Assembly: GCA_963767585.1 (NCBI GenBank)
Contig: CAVYEB010000002.1
Span: 2,080,865-2,144,864, forward strand
DNA: 64,000 nucleotides
DNA from: an uncultured delta proteobacterium
GTDB taxonomy: Bacteria > Desulfobacterota > Syntrophobacteria > Syntrophobacterales > Syntrophobacteraceae
Direction: 5' to 3'
Shown piece after piece: positions 57,635-64,000 of this stretch. The notes beneath the pieces are model-generated. The model saw only the letters and a program-made list of their open reading frames with translations, did no database searches and was not told the origin of the DNA. Within the stretch, counting starts at the first letter, position 1, and every line of letters begins with the position of its first letter. The translations under genes and the position numbers were made by a program.

Positions 57635-57723
57635 AGCAAAAAGCAAGAAGCAAGAAGCGTGAAGCGAGAAGCAAGGGTTTTCTGCTCCGTTTTTCCTGCT
57701 CCCTGCTCCCAGCTTCCTGCTCC
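57625..57723. terminator. GAAGCAA-word array / loop / CTGCTCC-word array between convergent genes
   Basis: gaagcatgaagcaaaaagcaagaagcaagaagcgtgaagcgagaagcaagg gtttt ctgctccgtttttcctgctccctgctcccagcttcctgctcc. Confidence 0.7.
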
Positions 57724-57728
57724 GGCAT

Positions 57729-58742
57729 TTAGAATAGTCCGGCCAGGTTTCGACGTTTCCTTTGTTTCCAGTTTCCCTGGTGATATGCGTAACTGGCGAG
57801 AATAGGTACGGCGATTGTGCCTTCGCAAAATACCATCTGGTCGTTCCCGGAATCGACCTTACCCCAGGACCTCGCTTCCTTGAGTGTGGAACTCGAGCAT
57901 GCCCCGTCTCTTGCATCGGCAACCGTGATCTGAACGGCGTATTTGTGCATAGGGACATCCCTGCCAAGCACCTCGGCACAGATGACCACGTCCTGTATGA
58001 AATTCTTCGGCACGCCGCCGCCTATAATCAAAAGGCCCGTGTCGGCCGCATTGATTTTTATTTCGGTCAACTCCCTGAAATCTTTTACACTGTCAATCGA
58101 CACATGACTTGAAGGCCTCTCCTTCTGGTGCTTCACCAAGCCAAAACCGGCGCTGGAATCTGAAAAGGCGGGGCAGAAAACAGGGACTTCATTTTCGTAG
58201 GCACACTGAACCAGGGAGTTTTTCTTTTTTGCATTCGAAACGAGATGCCTGCCCATTTCTTTTATGAACTGACGCGATGAATAAGCACCCGGAGGAAGTT
58301 GGTCCGCGATCTCTTTTACCGTGCTGTCGCATTCCTGGAGCTGATTTTCGTCTATGAACGTATCGTAGATGCGATCTACATAAGCATTCCTCAAGACGGT
58401 ATCATCTATTTCAGAACTGCCCCTGTAATGCCTGAAGCCAAGGGCCTCAAAAAAATCCATATCTACTATACTCGCCCCGGTAGCCACAACGACATCGATC
58501 ATATTATAGCGAATCATGTCGCTATAGACCGCCATACACCCGCCTGCGCTCGTGCTTCCGGCAAGGGCCAGAACAACCGTACACGATTCATCGCTTATCA
58601 TTCGGTCGAAAATCATAGACGCCGCAGCAAGTTCCCTGGCGCTAAACGACATTTTGCTCATCGATTCGACCAGTCCAATGGCGTTAAAGCCGGTTATATC
58701 GATGTGCTCTATGGGCTCAGTCAAAAGGTCTTTTTTCAGCAT
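57729..58742 (-). CDS. deoxyhypusine synthase family protein (homospermidine-synthase-like)
   Basis: VVLALAGSTSAGGCMAVY...VVATGASIVDMDFFEALG...IIGGGVPKNF. Start trimmed to MLKKDLL after GAAGGAG. Confidence 0.8.
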   Translation of the reverse strand: MLKKDLLTEPIEHIDITGFNAIGLVESMSKMSFSARELAAASMIFDRMISDESCTVVLALAGSTSAGGCMAVYSDMIRYNMIDVVVATGASIVDMDFFEALGFRHYRGSSEIDDTVLRNAYVDRIYDTFIDENQLQECDSTVKEIADQLPPGAYSSRQFIKEMGRHLVSNAKKKNSLVQCAYENEVPVFCPAFSDSSAGFGLVKHQKERPSSHVSIDSVKDFRELTEIKINAADTGLLIIGGGVPKNFIQDVVICAEVLGRDVPMHKYAVQITVADARDGACSSSTLKEARSWGKVDSGNDQMVFCEGTIAVPILASYAYHQGNWKQRKRRNLAGLF

Positions 58743-58837
58743 CGGATGTAAAATACTCCTTCTTCGTTTTGGTCTTGGGTAATCGTTGAAGTCTTCGGCC
58801 CACACGAACCTCTTGCGCTTCGCGCCCGGATAACGAG

Positions 58838-59010
58838 TGCGCCCTCACAAACGATCGGCGCCGGACTGCGCCCTCAGAAACCATCGAGCGCCGGACTAGA
58901 CGCGTTACATCACAGGCCATGCGTCAAGCGCGGGACCCAAGATCAGCGAGGGTCCGCATCACAGCACATAATGCGTATAGCGCAGACCCGTAACGCAGTG
59001 AGGGTCCGGG
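58838..59010 (+). repeat. REP/MITE-like family A, about 1.5-2 tandem copies
   Basis: gcgccctcacaaacgatcggcgccggact / gcgccctcagaaaccatcgagcgccggactagacgc ... gagggtccg ... gagggtccg. Confidence 0.8.
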
Positions 59011-59026
59011 CCACCCGGGGACTGTA

Positions 59027-59150
59027 GTTTTCATGGTTTCCGGGTGTCCCATGAGGGCATGAGCAACTGTTTCGAAAAGCTCATCGCGGGCATGGCCCGC
59101 TCCTACAGAGGTGTCGCGTGTTTTCATGGTTTCCGGGTACCCTATGGCAC
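59027..59150 (+). repeat. REP-like family B, two units
   Basis: ttttcatggtttccgggtgtccc..ctgtttcgaaaagctcatcgcgggcatggcccgctcctacag, then ttttcatggtttccgggtaccc. Confidence 0.8.
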
Positions 59151-59315
59151 ATGGAGAACAGTCTGAGTCTCTGGTTTCTCTCCGGGCAAGGATTGTCCGA
59201 ACTCCGAAAAAGGCAAAATATTACCATGTTGCAGTCAGAATAACTACTGTCTGTTTTACTCCCACTCTGCCGTCCCCATCGGTGTTTAGGCTGAGCGCAA
59301 TTCTATTTTCGCGAG

Positions 59316-60787
59316 TTAATCCCAATACTGTTCACTTAAGATAAATAATGTGGTATTCTGTCTCAACTTTTTGACAGGAGGACCACAATGGCACGTACCG
59401 TTGCAGAGCTTCCAGGTGGCACACGCATTACGGATTACATTAGTTTGGGAGTAATCACCAAAGCCTTTCCGGTAAAGACAATTGATTCGGTTCTCAAAAA
59501 TACCGGAAAGACAAGTAGACGGCAGAGGGATCTTCCGGCGCATGTGGTTGTATACTATGTCATCGCCTTGGCCTTGTACATGCATTCGTCGTATCGTGAA
59601 GTTCTGCGCTGTCTTCTTGAAGGGATAAAGTGGCTTATGGGACCGGGGGCTAGCGTCAAGGTGGCCGGTAAATCCGGTATCTCTCAGGCTCGAAGTCGGT
59701 TGGGGTGGACACCTCTTCGACAACTGCATGATGAGGTTGTAAAGCCGATTGCCGGGGAATCCACCAAAGGCGCTTGGTACAGGAAATGGCATTTGGTAAG
59801 CCTGGACGGCAGCACGCTTGATGTAGCCGATGAGACGGAAAACGAAAAAGTTTTTGGACGGCCTTCCGCCAAGACGGGAACAAGCGCCTTTCCGCAGTTG
59901 CATTTTGTGTCCCTGGTCGAAAACGGGACGCATGTTTTGTTTGGAACCCGGATGGGCGCCGTGAACATAGCAGAGATGGCTCTTGCCAAGGAAGTGGTTC
60001 CTTCTCTGTACAAGGGAATGCTCTGTCTCGCTGACCGCTATTTTTCCGGGTTCGAATTGTGGAACAACGCATGTGGAACTGGCTGTGATCTGCTTTGGAG
60101 AGTGAGAAGAAACCGCCTTCTGCCACGCGAAAAGAGGCTTGCCGACGGTTCTTATTTGAGCAGGATCTATGGTTCCCAGAAGGACCAGGAAAAGGGCGCA
60201 AACGGAGTTGATGTTCGAGTAATCGAATACAGATTGGAGGGCATTGAGGGCGCTGAGCCCATCTACCGGCTGATTACAACGATTCTGGATTATGAAGAAG
60301 CGCCTGCAGCGGAATTGGCGGCCTTGTATCATGAACGGTGGGAAATCGAAACTGCATTTGACGAACTCAAAACCCATCTGCGCGGCTCCAGGATAGTATT
60401 AAGAAGTAAAACGCCAGACTTGGTACGGCAGGAATTTTACGGCCTGCTCATGGCTCATTTTGCTATTCGCGGTTTGATGCATGAGGCTGCCTTGGCGGGA
60501 AACGAAGACCCGGATCGCTTATCATTCCTGCACGCGGTTCGCGTGATTCGTCGTAAAATTATAGCATTTGCCTCTATCCCCCCCTCAGGACAGGAAAGCC
60601 TTTCATGAGGCAGTATTGAGGGAGATTCTTGAAGAACGAGTCGTGTCGAGCCGTTCACGCCGCAATCCGCGAGGCGTGAAAAGAAAAATGAGCGGCTATA
60701 ACCTGCGCCCAAGGACACGGTCTGGCACAATACGCATCAAAGTCGAAGATTACATTGTTGTCATTAAGTGAACAGTATTGGAGTTAA
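59316..60787 (+). mobile_element. IS4-family insertion sequence (about 1.47 kb) with 24-bp imperfect terminal inverted repeats
   Basis: IRL ttaatcccaatactgttcacttaa (59316-59339). The reverse complement of IRR is ttaactccaatactgttcacttaa (60764-60787), matching at 22 of 24 positions. Confidence 0.85.
59388..60608 (+). CDS. IS4-family DDE transposase
   Basis: N-terminus ITDYISLGVITKAFP...RQRDLPAHVVVYYVIALAL is typical of the IS4 N-terminal domain. DGS...D...YHERWEIE DDE/YREK region. Confidence 0.88.
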   Translation: MARTVAELPGGTRITDYISLGVITKAFPVKTIDSVLKNTGKTSRRQRDLPAHVVVYYVIALALYMHSSYREVLRCLLEGIKWLMGPGASVKVAGKSGISQARSRLGWTPLRQLHDEVVKPIAGESTKGAWYRKWHLVSLDGSTLDVADETENEKVFGRPSAKTGTSAFPQLHFVSLVENGTHVLFGTRMGAVNIAEMALAKEVVPSLYKGMLCLADRYFSGFELWNNACGTGCDLLWRVRRNRLLPREKRLADGSYLSRIYGSQKDQEKGANGVDVRVIEYRLEGIEGAEPIYRLITTILDYEEAPAAELAALYHERWEIETAFDELKTHLRGSRIVLRSKTPDLVRQEFYGLLMAHFAIRGLMHEAALAGNEDPDRLSFLHAVRVIRRKIIAFASIPPSGQESLS

Positions 60788-60792
60788 TCCTG

Positions 60793-61698
60793 TCAAAGTC
60801 TTTGGTCTTCCTGCACCAGCAGACAGGGCGAAAGCGGGTCGTGGCGGGCGTAGTTGGCTTTTGCTCGCTCCAGGTTCGAAGTCGCATAGCAATAGCTGCA
60901 CCCGAAAACACAGGTATCATACATGCCGATGTCCCTGCTGGCGGCGCAACCGCATTCCTTTCTCTGGTACGGGTCCTTGGGGGGACTTATCCGGACCCCG
61001 AACAGCTTCGAAATCAGATCTGAATCTATGCACCTTGACGGGTATATGCCGAAATCCGATAAGTCCATTTCCGAGGCGCAGGAGAATATTTCCATACCGT
61101 TTTCGCGGGCTGTTCCCGAAATAGCATTCAAAAGCTCCCGAATCGGCGGGCTGCTGAAATCGACAGGCGCGGCGGCGCCTGGCGCCGCGGCCTCCATTCG
61201 GGCGCGCGCCTTGCGATAAGGCTTGACAAAGCTGATCACACAACGGTCGGTGGCGCCTTTGAGCTCTTCAGCTACCAGCCGGAAATTACTCTCATGAAAC
61301 GCAGTCCCGCTGAGATCGCTCAAAACTATAGGATCGTAGCGCCAAATAGTCCTTTGCCGTCCAACTCGAGCTGAAAGTTCCTGAAAAGTCCCGATAGATG
61401 CGCTCAACGGCGGCGCTCCGGGGTCAATGGCGGACGGGTAGCCAATCAGGGTGAAAAGGAAATAGTACCGACAGCCGAGGTCATCGAGTTCGTCGAGGTA
61501 TTTTATCAGCGGACGTGGATTACGGCTCCAGAAAACAAAAGCGTCGACTTCACCGGGTAAAAGAGCCACCCTCGAGACCTGGTTGGTGTTGAACGGATTG
61601 GGCACCAGGCACCAACCCCGGCGAACCCTGTTCACAAACCATTTCGAATAAAATGCCGGAATATCTGTCCGGCGGCTTGCACTTATAATCATGGCCAT
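60793..61698 (-). CDS. DUF1848 domain protein
   Basis: MIISASRRTDIPAFYSKWFVNRV...FWSRNP... and a C-terminal Cys cluster CGCAASRDIGMYDTCVFGCSYCYA. Confidence 0.7.
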   Translation of the reverse strand: MAMIISASRRTDIPAFYSKWFVNRVRRGWCLVPNPFNTNQVSRVALLPGEVDAFVFWSRNPRPLIKYLDELDDLGCRYYFLFTLIGYPSAIDPGAPPLSASIGTFQELSARVGRQRTIWRYDPIVLSDLSGTAFHESNFRLVAEELKGATDRCVISFVKPYRKARARMEAAAPGAAAPVDFSSPPIRELLNAISGTARENGMEIFSCASEMDLSDFGIYPSRCIDSDLISKLFGVRISPPKDPYQRKECGCAASRDIGMYDTCVFGCSYCYATSNLERAKANYARHDPLSPCLLVQEDQRL

Positions 61699-61734
61699 AT
61701 TGACTTAATTGCTGAAAACCTTAAATCCTTGTAT

Positions 61735-61830
61735 GCGCCCGCCCTCAGAAAAGATCGGGCGGGGACTATACGCATCGCATCAGGTCACGCTTATAGCGGG
61801 AGACCCGAAGCGGAGCGAGGGTCCGCCCCC
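61735..61830 (+). repeat. REP/MITE-like family A
   Basis: gcgcccgccctcagaaaagatcgggcggggactatacgcatcgcatcaggtcacgcttatagcgggagacccgaagcggagcgagggtccgcc. Confidence 0.85.
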
Positions 61831-61899
61831 TAAGGGGTGGATTTTTCGAGATCAAATTTATGGACCGCCGGCTTAAAGTCGGCGTCCGGGGAGATTCCA

Positions 61900-63108
61900 A
61901 TGAAAAGCGGTCTAAAGAAACCTCCTGCTATGCGAAAATCCACCAAAGCCATTCATGCCGGTAGCCTCGATCATAGCATATACGGTGAAGTCTCAGTCCC
62001 CATATTTCAAAGTTCGACTTTTGCTTTCCCCAGCGCTGCCGACGGGGCCGACCGATTTTCCGGGAAACAGTCCGGGTACATTTACAGCAGGCTCGGCAAC
62101 CCGACAGTAAAAGCCCTGGAGGATAGCATAGCAAGCCTGGAAGAGGGGTTTGCCGGGGTGGCGACAGCAACCGGAATGGCGGCAGTGAGTTCGGTTTACC
62201 TGTCATTTCTGGGCGGTGGAGATCATGTCGTTGCCACCAACTGTCTCTACGGCTCCTCGCGCGTGATTCTCGAAAGCGAACTGAGCCGCTATGGGGTGAA
62301 AACCACGTTCGTGGACAGCTCGGAGCTGTCGAACATCGCAAAGGCGGTGAACTCCGCGACCAGAATGATTTTCCTGGAATCACCCATGAATCCCAGCATG
62401 AAAATCACCGACCTGGCCGGGGCGGCGAAAATCGCCAGGGAACACGGCGCTCTTCTGGTAGTAGATAATACTTTTGCAAGCCCATACCTCCAGCGGCCTA
62501 TAGAATTTGGGGCCGATATCGTCATCCACAGCCTGACCAAATTTATCAACGGTCATACTGACGTGATTGGAGGGATGGTGATAACGAAGACCAAAGAGCT
62601 GTATAAACGTGTCAACAAGATAGTCAGCCTCTTCGGTGGAACCATGGACCCGCACCAGGCGTGGCTCATTCTGCGCGGGGTGCGCACTCTGCCCCTGAGG
62701 ATCGAGAAGGCCCAGGAAAACGCCATGAAACTTGCCAGGTTTCTGGAATCTCATCCCAAGGTGACGTGGGTAAGCTATCCAGGTCTTCCTGACCACCCGC
62801 AGCATGAATTGGCAAAACGCCAGATGGACGGATTCGGTTCGATGATTTCGTTTGGAGTGAAAAAGGGTCTCAATGGCGGAATAACCGTAATGAACAGCGT
62901 TCGGCTGATTACCCTGGCTGTATCGCTGGGAGGGGTAGAATCGCTTATAGAACACCCTGCTTCCATGACGCATGCATCCATTTCCCCGGAGGAAAGACGG
63001 GAATCGGGCATTGTGGACGAGCTTGTACGTTTTTCAGTAGGATGCGAGGATTTCGAAGACCTGCGCGAAGACCTCAACCAAGCCCTGAATACAATTAGGA
63101 ATTCCTGA
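61900..63108 (+). CDS. Cys/Met-metabolism PLP-dependent enzyme (methionine gamma-lyase / cystathionine gamma-synthase-like)
   Basis: TKAIHAG...PIFQSSTF...YSRLGNPTV...SLTKFINGH (PLP lysine). Confidence 0.8.
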   Translation: MKSGLKKPPAMRKSTKAIHAGSLDHSIYGEVSVPIFQSSTFAFPSAADGADRFSGKQSGYIYSRLGNPTVKALEDSIASLEEGFAGVATATGMAAVSSVYLSFLGGGDHVVATNCLYGSSRVILESELSRYGVKTTFVDSSELSNIAKAVNSATRMIFLESPMNPSMKITDLAGAAKIAREHGALLVVDNTFASPYLQRPIEFGADIVIHSLTKFINGHTDVIGGMVITKTKELYKRVNKIVSLFGGTMDPHQAWLILRGVRTLPLRIEKAQENAMKLARFLESHPKVTWVSYPGLPDHPQHELAKRQMDGFGSMISFGVKKGLNGGITVMNSVRLITLAVSLGGVESLIEHPASMTHASISPEERRESGIVDELVRFSVGCEDFEDLREDLNQALNTIRNS

Positions 63109-63116
63109 TTGTATTG

Positions 63117-64000
63117 TTACATGCGTTCGATTATCTCCTGTCCGAACTGTGAGCATTTGACCTCTTTTGCTCCCTTCATTTGCCGGGCGAGATCGTATGT
63201 GACAATTCTTTCCCTGATCGTCTGCTCGATGGCCTCCTTTATCATATCGGCCGCTTCGGTCCACCCCATGTACTCGAACATCATAACGCCCGAAAGGATC
63301 AGCGACCCTGGATTTACCTTGTCAAGGCCGGCGTATTTTGGGGCTGTGCCGTGCGTGGCTTCAAAGACCGCCGCGTTGTCCCCCACGTTTGCGCCCGGCG
63401 CCATTCCCAATCCGCCGACCTGCGCGGCAAGCGCATCGGAAAGGTAATCTCCGTTCAGGTTGGACGTCGCAATTACGCTGTATTCCTCAGGTCTAAGAAG
63501 AACCTGTTGGAACATCGAATCTGTAATTCGCTCTTTTATCACTATCCTGCCGCCGGGGATCGCTCCGCCGAATTTGAGCTGGACATCCGCCTCGGTGACG
63601 ATCCGGTCTGCGAATTCTTCCTGTGCCAGCTCAAAGCCCCACTTGCGGAATGCCCCTTCTGTATATTTCATGATATTGCCTTTATGAACCAGGGTAACAG
63701 ATGGAAGCCCTTTTTTGATTGCATACGAGATAGCGCGACGCACGAGCCTCTTGGTCCCAGCCGGACTGATAGGTTTTAAGCCGATCCCGGCGAGGGGGGG
63801 AAGAGAGACCTTGAAATTTTCAAAAAGGAACCGCGCAAGCTTCTCAGCCTCCTCAGATCCCGATTCCCATTCAATTCCGGCATAGACGTCCTCCGTATTT
63901 TCTCTGAATATGATCATGTCGACCCTTTCAGGATGACGGGCCGGCGATGGAAGGCCTGAAAAATATCTAACAGGACGAATGCATGCGTAGAGATCCAGAC
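63117..64000 (-). CDS. icd: NADP-dependent isocitrate dehydrogenase, C-terminal part (gene continues past window end)
   Basis: The frame is open to the edge. Hand translation gives [13 protein letters not shown]...[16 protein letters not shown]...[10 protein letters not shown]...GTAPKYAG. Confidence 0.9.
   Translation of the reverse strand, partial: LDLYACIRPVRYFSGLPSPARHPERVDMIIFRENTEDVYAGIEWESGSEEAEKLARFLFENFKVSLPPLAGIGLKPISPAGTKRLVRRAISYAIKKGLPSVTLVHKGNIMKYTEGAFRKWGFELAQEEFADRIVTEADVQLKFGGAIPGGRIVIKERITDSMFQQVLLRPEEYSVIATSNLNGDYLSDALAAQVGGLGMAPGANVGDNAAVFEATHGTAPKYAGLDKVNPGSLILSGVMMFEYMGWTEAADMIKEAIEQTIRERIVTYDLARQMKGAKEVKCSQFGQEIIERM

Noticed and set aside
59316-60377. 353-aa minus-strand ORF inside the IS element
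   Set aside because: It is antisense to the IS4 transposase, whose N-terminal domain and DDE region are recognisable on the plus strand. The mirror ORF has no motifs and no RBS.
63109-63779. Plus-strand ORFs (112, 199 and 75 aa) at the window end
   Set aside because: They are antisense to icd, whose translation is unambiguous.

Overview
This is a 64-kb chromosomal segment of mixed composition. Hand counts of 60-nt blocks mostly give about 50-55% GC. The gene content fits a sulfate-reducing or syntrophic Desulfobacterota (deltaproteobacterial) genome; that placement is inferred from gene content, not from a search. Recognisable blocks, in order: argB (partial); an ArsS-like radical SAM gene with an AhpD-like partner; a complete dsrMKJOP operon preceded by a small helical protein; a VOC gene; two small secreted Cys-rich genes; fabD; an AT-rich two-gene ABC transporter insert; DUF169; a molybdopterin oxidoreductase; a four-gene two-component cascade (CHASE3 kinase, RR, REC-PAS kinase, RR); an FmdB-type zinc ribbon gene and a tandemly duplicated four-helix-bundle gene; DUF1992; an HD-GYP protein; LigD (no Ku nearby); yajC-secD-secF; tandem USP; purC; a ParB-like / SPL-type radical SAM / membrane protein / DUF721 cluster; a TetR-led futalosine menaquinone operon (mqnE, mqnC, amidohydrolase, mqnA, ubiX-like); mug; an MFS pump; a peroxiredoxin-like gene; a DEAD-box helicase; an ankyrin protein; tRNA-Pro(GGG); queA-tgt; a deoxyhypusine-synthase-like gene; one IS4-family element; DUF1848; a trans-sulfuration PLP enzyme; and icd (partial). 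Four things are not explained by ordinary annotation. (1) Two in-frame UGA codons fall exactly where redox cysteines are expected, in the peroxiredoxin-like and ArsS-like genes, so both are predicted selenoproteins that the ORF track splits or truncates. (2) By my tally, roughly two thirds of the intergenic spacers are built from short tandem words such as GGACTGA, AATTAGGAATGAGG, GTGAAC/GTGAGG, GGCAAAAGTAAAA and GAAGCAA. Each word contains a stop codon and a purine-rich SD-like core, and the arrays are often arranged as array / loop / inverted array. Several genes take their stop codon, last residues, RBS or start codon from these arrays. (3) LigD carries a translated linker that looks like a former intergenic element and still holds an SD and an ATG in front of the polymerase domain. 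(4) There is a family of small secreted Cys-rich repeat proteins, a 2 x 384-bp tandem duplication, two dispersed REP/MITE-like repeat families, and a near-identical patch shared by the two paralogous kinases. No CRISPR array, prophage or recognisable defence system was seen. All functional calls rest on motif recognition from memory; no database search was possible.
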